Below, piece after piece: positions 51,335 through 64,000 of a stretch of 64,000 bases of DNA (position 1 is its first letter; the number at the start of each line of letters is the position of its first letter). This DNA comes from Octopus sinensis. Taxonomy: Eukaryota. Location of the stretch: assembly GCF_006345805.1 (NCBI RefSeq), contig NC_043020.1, positions 26,536,001 through 26,600,000 on the forward strand. Direction: 5' to 3'. The translations under genes were made by a program, and so were the position numbers. The notes beneath the pieces are model-generated. The model did no database searches, had not been told where the DNA came from, and was given only the letters and a program-made list of their open reading frames with translations.

Positions 51335-52311
51335 GTTTATATGTGTGTATGTTAATTCACAGTAGAAGTGTGTGTATACATATATGTATATATTTGCATA
51401 TATCTATATACACACAAATATTTGTGTATATATATATATATGTGTGTGCGTATATACTTGAAGATTAAAGTATGTGCATGTGTTATGTATATCCATATAT
51501 ACATTTAACTTTCTGTAAACTACACACACAAGTATATGCACTCACATGCCATGCATATGTGTGTGTGTATATATATATATATATAGATGCATACACATCA
51601 CACATGCAAATAATCTATCAGATAATTTGGCAAAGTTATCTGCTCTTCCATTCGTCCGATTCTCTGGAGTTCTCTCCTCCCATCGTCACTCTTGCTGCTT
51701 ACCATCTTAGAGGGAGAAAGCGCAAGAGAGAAGGAAGGAAAGAAAGAGAGAGCCATGTCTTTACTCTGGTGTAGTTTATCTCCCTTTGTTCTTTGGTAAA
51801 TGATGCTTTTACATCTTCAGTTCTTCGTGTCTTTGGAACGGCGAACAGCGGTACCATTAATTATATAGAATTCGGTGTGTGTGTGTTGGGTGGGTTTGTG
51901 GTAGGAGATAAAGGATTTAACTTTGGTTTTTTTTTTATCTTCTTTCGTGACCATGTTACTAATGAAATACGCATCGTCTTTGTGTTTTAATTAAAAACTA
52001 ATCTGGAATTCGGAATGATTTAATGGAATCGTTAACACTGTCGTTATCAAACGACTGTTTTTCTCCCGTCTGGGATTTTTTTAATTTTGTTTTCACTTCA
52101 CCATTTTGTCCCCCAGGGGGTGGATTTACACAAGGTACCTGCCAAGTATTGAGTGATGATATAGGCGACCACCCTGCATCCCCCACAACCCCTCCCCCAT
52201 CCCACCTGTCTGCTTAAAGATTTGTGGCATTAAGCATCAGTTAGACATTGTTAGTATTATAATTATTATTATTAGTAGTAGTAGTATTATTAGTATTATT
52301 ATTATTAATCC

Positions 52312-53143
52312 TTTCATCCGTCTTTACATTCTGAGTTCAAATTCCGCCAAGGTCCACTTTGCATTTCATCCTTCTGGGGTTAGCAAAATACATACCATTT
52401 GACCACTGGGGTTGATGTAATCGACATACCCTGCCCCTCAAATTTCAGGCCTTGTGCCAAAAGTAGAAAGGATTATTATTATTATTAATATTATTCATTT
52501 CATCTGTCCTTACGTTTTGAGTTCAAATTCTGCCATGGTCAACTTTGCCTTTCATCCTTTTGGGGTCGATTAAGTAAGTACCAGTTGTGAATTTCTGTGA
52601 TTCAACCTGAATTTTGGGGTTGGGGGTCTAGCCAGTTAGCGTCGACCCCAGTGCTAGCCCTGAAGTTATTTCATCAATTACAAAAGGACAAAAGGCGAAG
52701 TCGACATTGTTGGAATTTGAACTCAGAACCACATGGTTCCAGGTTGCAGAATGTTTCAAGTTGGCTCAGGGAGAATATAAGAAATGGTGGCCTGTTCTGA
52801 GTTCAAATTCTGCTGAGGTCGATTTTGCCTTTCATTCTTTCGTGGTCGATAAATTAAGTACCAGTGAAACACTGGGGTCAATGTAATTGACTCTGTCCCC
52901 TCCCCTCAAATTACTGGCCTTGTGCCTATAGTAGAAAGGATTATTATTATTATTATTATTAAGCTAGCAGAATCATTAGCATGCCAGATAAACTGCCTAG
53001 TAGCTCATCATTCTGAGTTCAAATTCCACCGAGATCAACTTTGCCCCTTGTCCTTTTGGGCTCGATGAAATAAGTACCAGTTACGCGCTGGGGGGTCAAT
53101 GTAATCGACTTAGATCCACACCCACCCACCTGAAATTGCTGGT
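52312..53143. mobile_element. Cluster of diverged family-B SINE fragments, both orientations
   Basis: Repeated TTCTGAGTTCAAATTC...CTTTCATCC...AAGTACCAG with (TAT)n tails. Confidence 0.8.
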
Positions 53144-53250
53144 CATTATTATTTTTCCATAACATCTTTTCTTTGCCTAAGATTACCTTGGTTTGTTTAC
53201 GATTTGTTCGAGTTGTATGTTTGTGTGTGTATGTATATATATATATATAT

Positions 53251-53415
53251 AGTTAATCCAAACAAGAAAGCACAAAAAAACACAACGCGAGGATGTGGAA
53301 CAAATATAGTATTATTGGACACTCAGGAAAGAAGGAGGGTTTAACGTTTCGAGTGGAGCTCTTTGTCAGAAACATAGGAGAAGGAAAGATCCAGAGAAGG
53401 GAAGACAGAGGAAAA
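53251..53415 (-). mobile_element. Second copy of the hammerhead-bearing element (cf. 12823-13035), truncated by a family-C SINE
   Basis: Begins AGTTAATCCAAACA immediately after (TA)n; colinear with 12823-13000. Confidence 0.75.
53339..53373 (-). ncRNA. Minimal hammerhead motif (G8->A)
   Basis: Minus strand GUUU-CUGACAA-A-GAG(CUCCA)CUC-GAAA-CG-UU-AAAC. Confidence 0.68.
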
Positions 53416-53720
53416 TCATCATCATTTAACTTCTGTTGTCCATGCTGGCATGGGTTGGACAGTTTGACTGGGCTGGTACGCTGGAAGGCTGCACCAGGCT
53501 CCAGTCTGATGTGGCACGGTTTTCTATGGCTGGATGCCCTTCCTGGCACCAACCACTCTGAGAGTGTAATGGGCACTTTTATGTGCCACCGACACAGGTG
53601 CCATTTATGTGACACCAGTATCTTCTACGACTGATTTTACTCAGATTTATGGGTCTTCTCAAGCATGACATAATGCCGAAGGTCTTGGTCATTGCCTCCC
53701 TAAGGCCCAACATTCGAAAG
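53416..53720 (-). mobile_element. SINE family C, diverged
   Basis: CATCATCATTTAAC...CTGGATGCCCTTCCT...CCAACCACTC. Confidence 0.75.
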
Positions 53721-54824
53721 GAGCTCAATGTATACATATATATGTGTGTGTGTGTGTATTTGTGTATATTTTTTTTTTCATTTATTTGTTTCAGTCATTT
53801 GACTGTGGCCATGCTGGAGCACCGCCTTTAGTCGAGCAAATCGACCCCAGGACTTATTCTATTGGTCTCCCTTGCCAAACCGCTCTATGTGTATACAAAC
53901 ACATGTATATATGTATGTGAGTGTGTATATGTATGTATATATATGTGTGTCTGTGTATAGGTGTATGTAAGTCATTGCTTTTATGCGTATGTATGTACAT
54001 ACTTGTATGTGAGAGAGAACACTTGAGTGTACATATGTATGTATGTATGAGTGTGTATGTGTGTGTTTCTGATAGCGTTATCTGTTTGTGTGTGTGTTCG
54101 TGTGTGTGTGTGCATTTGCGTGTGTGCAAAATCTTCTGCTGCCACAGCTTCTGTGTGCGTGTGTCCGGATTGATTCGGTGCCAGATCTCGGTTTTCCGAT
54201 TTCTTCATTCTTCAACTGTAGAATTAGTAGAAGTAGCAGCAGTGATAATGCACACACCACACACGCGCACACACACATGCAAACACACACATACATGCAT
54301 ACCACACACACAGACAGCACACACATGTACATACACACATACTTGCTCACACACACATATACGTAGATACACTCTTACATACATAAACACATGCACACAC
54401 ACACACTTACATATACACACATACACACATTTACACACACATACTCACAAACGTGCACACCCACACTAACATACACACATGCATACACACACGCATACTT
54501 ATGCACACATATGCACACACACACAGACATGCTTCAGCATATGCATAAGAATTTTACTTATTTAGTCGCTTAAGAATGCACCTGCGTGCAGACATGCACA
54601 CACACACACGCACACATACATGCATGCACATTGGCTCCAACACACACACACACACACGTAAGAGTAAATCTACACAAACACATACACATCTGCATGCATA
54701 AACACAGACATAAATACCCATTTATAGGATGCACGGATGCATTTAATATTCCAAGGATTCCAGACATGCACTTTTCTTTAAATACATACACACACAATTA
54801 ACAAATGCATATATACACATATAT

Positions 54825-55004
54825 AGGCGCAGGAGTGGCTGTGTGGTAAGTAGCTTGTTTACCGACCACATGGTTCCGGGTTCAATCCCACTGCGTGGCA
54901 CCTTGGGCAAGTTTCTTCTACTATAGCCTGGGTCGACCAAAGCCTTGGGTCGACCAAAGCCTTGTGAGTGGATTTGGTAGACGGAAACTGAAAGAAGCCC
55001 GTCG

Positions 55005-55060
<56 letters not shown>

Positions 55061-55258
55061 TTGTTCCCCTAGCATTGCTTGACAACCGATGCTGGTGTGT
55101 TTATGTCTCCGTAACTTAGCGGTTCGGTAAAAGAGACCGATAGAATAATTACTGGGATTGCAAAAGAATAAGTCCCGGGGTCGAGTTGCTCGATTAAAGG
55201 TGATGCTCCAGCATGGCCGCAGTCAAATGACTGAAACAAATAAAAGAGAGTAAAGAGA
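54825..55258 (+). mobile_element. SINE family A, full length
   Basis: Family consensus; small internal duplication TGGGTCGACCAAAGCCT. Confidence 0.9.
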
Positions 55259-55259
55259 C

Positions 55260-56302
55260 TATATTCCCCTCTCAGATTCATACAGTTATTGCAGTGGTCC
55301 TTCAGTTTTTCTAAGATCTGTTAAAGATCTCGGAAGGTTGGGCCTCTAAACAGGCCTTTTGCACTATCATTAAACCCAGAAACCTTTCAGTACCCCTGAG
55401 TAGTATATATACATATATATATATATTACATGAGGTAGCGCTGAAAAGTTCCTGGCTTTGGGTAAAATAAAATATAGGGGGATCAGTTAATTATGATTTT
55501 AATATCCAAGGATTTCAGACATGCACTTTTCTTTAAATATATATACACAATTAACGAATGCATATATACACATATATACATACACACGATGGGGTTGCTG
55601 AAAAGTCTGTGGCAATTGAGTAAAAGAAAATACAGGAGGATCATTTAATCATGATTTTATTCAACATATTCTCCTCTCAGATTCATACAGTTATTGCTGC
55701 GGTCCTTCAGTTTTTCTAAGAACTGTTAAAGATCTCGGAAGGTTGGGCCTCCAACCAGGCCTTTTGCACTATCATTAAACCCAGGAACCTTTCAGTACTC
55801 CCGAGTAGTCGCCTTGACTGGCTTCCATGCCGGTGGCACGTAAAAAGAACCAATCCGATTGTGGCCATTGCCAGCCTTGCCTGGCACCTGTGCGGGTGGC
55901 ACGTAAAAAGCACCCACTACACTCACGGAGTGGTTGGCGTTAGGGAGGGCAACCAGCTGTAGAAACACTGCCAGATCAGACTGGAGCCTGGTGCAGCCTT
56001 CTGGCTTCCCAGACACCGGTCAAACCGTCCAACCCATGCTAGCATGGAAAATGGATGTTAAACGATGATGATGATGATATTACTTGAGGCGGTACTGAAA
56101 AGTTTCTGGCTTTAGGTAAAATAAAATATAGGGTTTCAGCTAATTATGATTTTATTCAATATATATTCGCCCTCTCAGATGCACACACTTATAGCAGCGG
56201 TCCTTCAGTTTTTCTAAACCCTGTAAAAGAACTCAATAAGTTGGGCCTCCAACATGTCGTTTCACAATACCCTTAAGGCCTGCAAGTTTTCAGCACCCAC
56301 TC
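55260..56302 (-). mobile_element. Cluster of mariner-derived MITEs (~220 bp; copies ~55585-55806 and ~56082-56302, fragments 55260-55403 and 55428-55500)
   Basis: TIR-like GCTGAAAAGTTCCTGGCTTT / CCAGGAACCTTTCAGTAC; interior on minus strand gives mariner-type C-terminus LEKLKDR..NLRGEYVE*. Confidence 0.75.
55808..56078 (+). mobile_element. SINE family C
   Basis: Family consensus with (GAT)n tail. Confidence 0.85.
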
Positions 56303-56949
56303 TTCTTTGTGTGTGTGTGTGTGTGTGTGTTTGGAAACAGTCACATAGACACAAGCATACACACACCCACATATACACACACAAGTTGGGGATGTGGCCT
56401 TGATATGACCACCTAGTTTACTAAACATAGCAGCCAAATTTCCTTCCCATATCACACCCGACTGTTTTAAAGGAAAGCGGACACTTTAAATGAGAGAGTC
56501 TCAGATAGACAGCATTAAACAGATGGAGTGGCTATGAGTGGATTTCCTCTGATCATAGGTTTACTCAGTTAGGGTCAACCTGGGGCTTAACAATGACAAC
56601 ACACATGCACATACACATACATATACACATGTACTCAAATACAAGTGTACCTGCTAATACACATATATAATCGATATCATGTTCTCACACGTGTGTGTGT
56701 ACTCCTGTATATAGTCACATTATATATTTATATATACACACACACACATGTATATACCTACACACATATACATACATACATACATACATACATACACACA
56801 TCATATATATATATATACATACACAAACACGTGTATACACACACACATCTATACATATATATACATATATACATGCACATACGCATACAGTGCACACACA
56901 CACACACACACGCAATTTATTGATACAAAAAAATAACCGCACTCTTATA

Positions 56950-56984
<35 letters not shown>

Positions 56985-57292
56985 ACATATGCAGGCAATA
57001 ATAGATTATAGTGTAACGTGCACTCATATACACATTAAAACACACATATGTATGTGTATATATGTATGTGTGTATGTATGTGTGTGTATATAGATATAAC
57101 TGTATATATATTTGTGTGCGTATATATATCTGGATATATCTATATATATATGTATGCATATAGATATGTGTGTGTGTGTGTATCTATGTATGTGAAGATG
57201 TATGCATGTGTGTATATATATATATATTATATATATATATATTAACTTATATAATATGTACATGTGTATGTGTATATGTGTCTGTGTACATA

Positions 57293-57331
<39 letters not shown>

Positions 57332-57739
57332 TTCTATTTGTGTATATATTTATGTCTATATATGTATGTGTGTATGTATCTGGATATATCTATATATGTG
57401 TGTATCTATGTATGTGAAGATGTATGTGTGTATATATATGTACATGTGTATATGCGTGTGTGTGTGTATATATACACATATATATGTATGTATGTATGTG
57501 TGTGTGTCTCTCTCATGCACCATTTTCTTCTGGTTCTGCATTTTCTATCAAGCTACGACTAACAGTTCCTAACGCTGCGCTATCACTGCAACATCTACCA
57601 CCACCGCCACCACTACCACCACCACCACCATCATAACAACAACCACCACTTCAACTACAACTTCTACTACTACTGCAAATAAACATCACAACCACAACCA
57701 TTTTCATCGTCATCATCATCGTCATCATCACCATTCCAT

Positions 57740-57773
<34 letters not shown>

Positions 57774-58238
57774 GCTGCTGCTGCTTCTGTGTTGACGTCG
57801 ACTCTGACTCACTGTGGCACCAACCAACCAACCATTAGCATAGAAGACACACAACCAGAACCAAAGATGGCAGCGAATGGAACTGCTCTGCTGGTTTCTA
57901 CCTTCCTTGCCGCTACTGTTATGACCAAGACCACAAGCACGATCATCGCCATGACCATCACCTCTGCTATGTTCCTTCCTCCTCGAATAGGGCCGAATCT
58001 TTCGAAGATTTCGATTTCTCGCCATGGCCTCCACACCACCAACCACCACCACCACCTCCACCGCTAACGACAAATGTCTCTCCTTCTTCCCCGCTTCTTC
58101 CTTTTCGACCGTACTCCCCCCCCACTTCTCCATTCACCGGCCCCGGCACCGCCTCCGCCACAGAGCATAGAAGCGGGGGTACAAAAGCCAAGAATATCCT
58201 CGTCTCAATCCGTTCGACATTGGATTAGATCCGGCAAT

Positions 58239-58269
<31 letters not shown>

Positions 58270-59102
58270 TACCGCTACTACTATTGCTATTACTACTACT
58301 TTTACTGCTACTCCTCCCACTACTACTACTACTACTGCTGCTGCTACTATTAGTACTACTGTTAGTAGCAGCAGCAGCATTAAGGAGAGAGAAAGTATAA
58401 GGGTTCCCTAAATAATTTATCTTCCATTAATTCTACTGTTCATCTCCGAAGAACACACACACACAAAAGAAATGAGAAGAAAATCCCTTCTTCTTTATCC
58501 AGAAATAATTTTATATTCTTTATCTTTAGAATTAAGTACCATTTATTTATTTATTTTTTTTCCAAAAATATTTCAAAATATTTAAAAAATATATATATGT
58601 GTAGATTTATATTTTTAAAATATTTTGAAGTATTTTTGGAAATATATATATATATTTATACATTTTTTTGTTTCACTAATTGGTTTTTAATTATGTCTTG
58701 TTTTGTTTTTTTCCTTTTGTTTTAATTATCTCACGGTGTCTGTGGACATATGTTTCTGTTTTTTTTTTGGTTTGTTTTTGTAATTTATTTGTTCTTTGAT
58801 TTTTCTCAAGGAATGAATTAACGAATGAACGAACGGATTCTTTCTCTGCTCCCCCACCCCCCTCCCTGCCAATCTTCGGATCTTTCACTGCACTGTATTG
58901 CACCATTGCCAAAGCTACCACCACCACCACCACCGTCACCCCTCTTCTCAATTCCGTATTCTTCCTCCCACCCTCTCTGTTATCCTTTCTCTCTCTCTCT
59001 CTCTCTCTCACATTCATTTTCATTCAGTTTACCAAAGTGGTTCCGTTTTCTTCATTCACCCAAACCCCAAACAATTATTTTTATTATTATTATCATTATT
59101 AT

Positions 59103-59525
59103 TAAGATGGTGAGCTGGTAGAATTGTTAGCACGCCGGGCCAAATGCTTAGCGGTATTTCGTCTGCCGCTACGTTCTGAGTTCAAATTCCGCCGAGGTCG
59201 ACTTTGCCTTTCATCCTTTCTGGGTTGATTAAATAAGTACCAGTTATGCACTGGGATCAATGTAATCAACTATCCCCCTCCCCCAAATTTCAAGCCTTGT
59301 GCCTAAGGCGGTGAGGTGGCAGAATTGTTAGCATGCTGGGCTTAATGCTTGGTGGTATTTCACCGATCGCTATGCTCTGAGTTCAAATTCCACCGAGGTC
59401 GACTCTGCCTTTCATCCTTTTCAGGGTCGATAAATTAAATACCAGTGATACACTGAGGTCTATGCTTTCCGCTAGTCCCCTTCCTACAAAATTCAAGGCC
59501 TTGTTGCCTATAGTAGAAAAGATTA
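59103..59525 (+). mobile_element. Two tandem family-B SINEs
   Basis: Heads at ~59103 and ~59305, each with B box and central domain. Confidence 0.85.
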
Positions 59526-60281
59526 TTTATTATTATTTATGATTATTATTATTATCATCATCATCATCATCACCAGCATCACTATTCTTCCCGTAATATT
59601 ACAACAGAGAGGACTTGCTTGTAGTAACTACTACTACTACTACTACTACTACTGTCTTACTATCATTAGCGTTCGTTTCATTCAGTCATCGAAGAAACAT
59701 ACGCACTCTCACACACACACACACACACACACATAAAAATACACGTCTGTACATAAACATGTACACATGTATATGTGCACACATACATACATACATACAT
59801 GTTGGGAAGAGAGTAAATGTTTACTGATAATGAATTGTAAAATAAAGATAACGATCGGAGGTTATGGATTTTAATTACTCGCAGAGAACACGGAACCACT
59901 CTTTATACCGCACCTGTGTCACTGTTACTACAACACACACACTATATACACATACATACATGTGTGTATGTATTTATATATTTATATATATATATATATA
60001 CACGCACACACACACCTATTATATATCTATTATATACAATATATATATAATATATAGATATATATATAAATATAAAGGGCTTAGTAAAATAAAATGAATT
60101 CGCCTTCTTATGGTCCCTTTGCATACTGAATACTTGGTGAAATTGATTAATTAATAATTTTACCCTCAATTGTTGTTGAAATATATATATATATAATATA
60201 TATATAGATATGTATAGATATATATATTGTGTGCTCCAGCATGGCCGCAGTCAAATGCTGAAACAAGTAATAGAAAATGTG

Positions 60282-60447
60282 TGGTGTTACTGTGTTGTAA
60301 GAAACTTGCTTTCCAGCCACATGGTTCCGGGTTCAGTCCCACTGCGTGGCACCTTCGGCAAGTGTCCTCTCCTCTACCACAGCCTCGGGCCGACCAAAGC
60401 CTTGTGAGTGGATTTGGTCGACGGAAACTGAAAGAAGCCCGTCGTAA

Positions 60448-60508
<61 letters not shown>

Positions 60509-60590
60509 AGTGTGTATTTTTATGTGTGCATGTCTGTGTCTCTCTGATGTGTTTACTTCCCTATAACTTAGGAGTTTGGCAAAATGGTAA
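60282..60590 (+). mobile_element. SINE family A, 3'-degraded
   Basis: CCACATGGTTCCGGGTTCAGTCCC...AAAGAAGCCCGTCGTA. Confidence 0.8.
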
Positions 60591-60967
60591 TACTTAGTTT
60601 AGCATGAAATTGGAGTATTACCACTTTGTTTGATAAGTGATGCAGAATTAGGGGCCATCCGTGCCTGTGTCCTGCCTGGCTACACCTTTAAAATATATGT
60701 ACATTTTTTATGTTGTTTATTTACAAAGCATTTTATTCATTTATTAATTAACGATATGCACACACACACACCCAAATATATTTATGTGTGCGTATGTGTG
60801 TGTAAGTTTATATATATACACACACAGATTTATGTGTGCATGTGGTGTGTGTGTGTCTGTGTGTTCATTCATTTGTTCAGAGGAACAAGCAGTTGGTTCT
60901 CCAAGTTTGGTTAATACTGTTTCAATTAAATCTCCTCTCAGCTAATTTTCTTTTTTATCTAATCAAG

Positions 60968-61012
60968 CGAGTGAAGAACTATCTGTAATGCCAAACCACT
61001 CTGAGGAACCAG
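60968..61012 (+). CDS. Candidate 45-nt symmetric cassette exon, (A)SEELSVMPNHSEEP(G), phase 1-1
   Basis: Branch-point GCTAAT at 60941, pyrimidine tract, AAG acceptor at 60967, CAG|GTCGGA donor at 61013; open frame compatible with phase-1 end of exon 37349. Confidence 0.4.
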
Positions 61013-61446
61013 GTCGGAGCAGGCCAGGCCGTGGTCGTATAATAGCATGCAATAGAATAGAATAGGGTAAGAAGTGAGACCATGCCAAACAGCTATCCAA
61101 CAATGGAAATTTAAGACCAGACTAGCCACAGCCAGGGAGGCAGGCTTGCTGTGCACCTCTCTTCACTGTTCCTTCTAGCTCCATCTAATATGCTGTCTCT
61201 AAATATGAGTATACAGTGCTGCTTGTGTGTGTGTGTGGTGTATGTGTATCTCAAGGAAAGAGAACTTTTAATCTTCATAAAGGGACCAGGAAACTGATTT
61301 TTGTAATAAGCTAAGATGAAAAACCATTCAAAGGAAACCAAGCGAAAACACCCCACCCCTCTCCCAGAAGAACCACCACTACTACTACTATGACTATGGT
61401 AGTGCAAAGCTAAAGAAAGCAGTGCAATACACACACACACACACAT

Positions 61447-61490
<44 letters not shown>

Positions 61491-61945
61491 ATTTAAATAA
61501 AAAATGAGGGTGAGGAATTAGATATTAGCAGATCTATTTCTAGCATAAGGGTGTCCACATAGTCGTTTCCCTCAAATACATATAGGTATATATATATACA
61601 TATTTATTAATTTATTATATATATATATACATTGTATGTAAACTGCATCTAACCCATGTGAGCATTTTCAAAAAACAAAAAGGCATATATATATACACAT
61701 ATATATATACACATGCACACTCACATATAGACACACACTCAGTCATAGATACAAAAGCATTTCTCTCTCTCCCCCCACCCACTTTGTCTTGCCCATTGCC
61801 TCTTGTTTTGGGGTGGGTTTTTTTACCTCATTCTTTGAATACATACACACACACACACTTACACAGACACATGCAAAGGCCTCAATGCTTGTACACACAT
61901 ACACACACACACACAGAGGCCTTAATGCTGGTATAGAACTGCAAA

Positions 61946-61961
61946 ATGAGAGGGGTTACTG
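61946..61961 (+). CDS. Candidate alternative first coding exon (MRGVT-G), phase 1
   Basis: CAAAATG start context followed by consensus donor CTG|GTAAGT at 61962. Confidence 0.3.
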
Positions 61962-62589
61962 GTAAGTTGGGCTGGCTGACTGACTGGCTGGCTGGTTGGA
62001 GCTCACCCCCTTTTTTTTCTTCCTAAGTGACCCCCCCACCCCGCCCCCTCTTCCTGTTTTTTTTTTTTTAATTTTTATTTTGTTGTTTTTCAAAATAAAA
62101 AGGAAATTAAAAAAAAGAGAAATAATAAGGATTCTGAAATAAAAATGACTAAAAAATCAAAAAAAAAAAAAGAAAAAAAAACAAAGAAAAAAAATAACTA
62201 CCATCCCAACCACGACCACCCCCCCTCACCACCGCCACTGCCACTACCACCACCACCACTACTATTACTACTACTATCACCATCAGCTTTACAATTACTA
62301 CTACTACCACTACATGCTGCTTGTGTTGTATGCTGTGTGAGTGACTGATGAGAAGGAAGTGAAAGAAAGAAGGAGAGAAAGAGAGAGACAAAGGGAGAAA
62401 GAGAAAGGGAAGCTGTGTGTGTGTGTGTGTATTGCTTATTGCTGCTGCTGTTGTTGTTGTTGTGCTTTTTCTTACTCATCTTATTGTTGTTAAGCAGTTC
62501 TAAAGGGACTGACTGCTTAACAACTTGGCCCTTTCTCTCTCTCTCTCTTTCAAACCTTCAACTTTTTATTTATTTATTTTCAACAACAC

Positions 62590-62737
62590 CATTTTATACA
62601 CACACACACATATATATATATACACTACAAAGTTTATAATAGCTATATATATATATAAAATCTTTAAGATATACACAAACACACGTACATAAATAATATA
62701 TATATAACACACTACAAAGTTTTATTTAATAGCTGTC

Positions 62738-62784
<47 letters not shown>

Positions 62785-62859
62785 TCAAGATATACACAAA
62801 ACACACACACTAAATAAACATATATATATATACAACACCACTACAAAGTTTATAATAGC

Positions 62860-62893
<34 letters not shown>

Positions 62894-62960
62894 AAAACTT
62901 CAAGAATATACACAAAAACACACACATAAATGTATTATATATATATATACACACACAACA
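62590..62960. repeat. Tandem repeat, three ~100-130-bp units
   Basis: CACTACAAAGTTT..TAATAGCT...AAGATATACACAAA recurs at ~62622, ~62709, ~62839. Confidence 0.85.
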
Positions 62961-63350
62961 CATAGAGTATTTCATTTCAATTTTCATTCTGTTCTCTTGC
63001 AAGTCCCAAGAGTTCATTTATTTACAAAATAAATTTTAGATAACACACACACACACATGTGTATATAAATTAAAAGTACCCTACACTTTGTATATGTATA
63101 TATACAAATCATTTTATTTGCACTAGTATGCGTGCACACTATATATATATGTGTGTGTAAATGTAAAATAAAAGTACACAACACATAATTTTATATACAC
63201 CATCATACACACACATGTGTATATATATATACACATATAAATTTTTATATAAGTAATAATAAAGAATCCTTCCAAAAGTTTAAAATAGAGGGAAAAGAAA
63301 AGTTAAAAATATATATATGTGTGTGTATATATACACACATATATATATAT

Positions 63351-63531
63351 TTTGCCTGTGGTTACATTCTGAGTTCAAATTCCGCCGAGGTCGACTTTGC
63401 TTTTCATCCTTTTGGGGGTCGATAAATAAAGTACCAGTTTTGCACTTGGGTTGATGTAATCGACTTAATCCCTTTGTCTGTCCTTGTTTGTCCCCCTCTG
63501 TGTTTAGCCCCTTGTGGACAGTAAAGAAATA
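63351..63531 (+). mobile_element. SINE family B, headless unit
   Basis: TTCTGAGTTCAAATTCCGCCGAGGTCGAC...GTAAAGAAATA. Confidence 0.85.
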
Positions 63532-64000
63532 TATATATAAGCAAGGAATAAAGGGGAGAAAAATTATATGAATAAAAAAAAGAACCACTTGGGTCCCCTC
63601 CACGGTGACCACCACCACCTCTTTGTGTGTGTGTGTGTGTTTGGCTCTTTTTCTATATTCTCTTTCCTCTCCATCAGTTCCTTGTTTTTAGCTTCATCTT
63701 CCAACTTCTCAATCTGCCTCCTGATATTTCAACTACTACTACTACTACTACTACTATTACTACTACTGCCACCACCACCACCACTGGTGCTGCTGCTGCT
63801 ATCATGACTGCTGCTGCTGCTGGTGCTAGTGCTGCTGCCACTGCCGCTGCTGCTGCTGCTCTTGCTGTTACTACCACCACTGCTACCTGACTATTACTGT
63901 TACAACTACTACTACCACCACCACCACCACAACAACTACTACTACTACTAACATTTACATGTCCTGCATCAGTTGGAAGGAAGTCTAGTTAACTCTCAAT

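Noticed and set aside
62345-62365. Plus-strand CTGATGA...GAAA
   Set aside because: Purine-only spacer; no pairing for stems I-III
63627-63890. Poly-Ala/Thr ORF
   Set aside because: (CTG)/(CTA)/(CCA) trinucleotide repeats; no splice support seen

Overview
Eukaryotic, AT-rich, very repeat-dense DNA. The (TA)n/(CA)n/(CAT)n microsatellite load and the tRNA-derived SINE families are typical of a coleoid cephalopod, most likely Octopus. Almost all ORFs in the supplied track are microsatellite or SINE artefacts. The window appears to be mostly intron of one + strand gene. One clear internal coding exon (34159-34395, HMVQNQMTPTYQY...NGGVGVVPGVEQQT) resembles the N-terminal region of protostome Rbfox/Fox-1 splicing regulators; the RRM is not in the window. 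Several small, phase-compatible candidate exons lie at 29636, 37349, 60968 and 61946. The rest is at least five SINE families, RTE and Tx1/L1 LINE 3' fragments, Helitron/Helentron non-autonomous elements, and mariner/Tc1/hAT/piggyBac-like MITEs. The most notable signal is a set of short elements carrying minimal type I hammerhead ribozyme motifs (10646, 12925, 24754, 24885, 41290, 53339; weaker at 19445 and 41807). They resemble Penelope-like pLTRs or retrozymes, several sit in microsatellites or have tandem/inverted arms, and all lie antisense to the putative host gene. Coordinates were read by eye; repeat boundaries are approximate.
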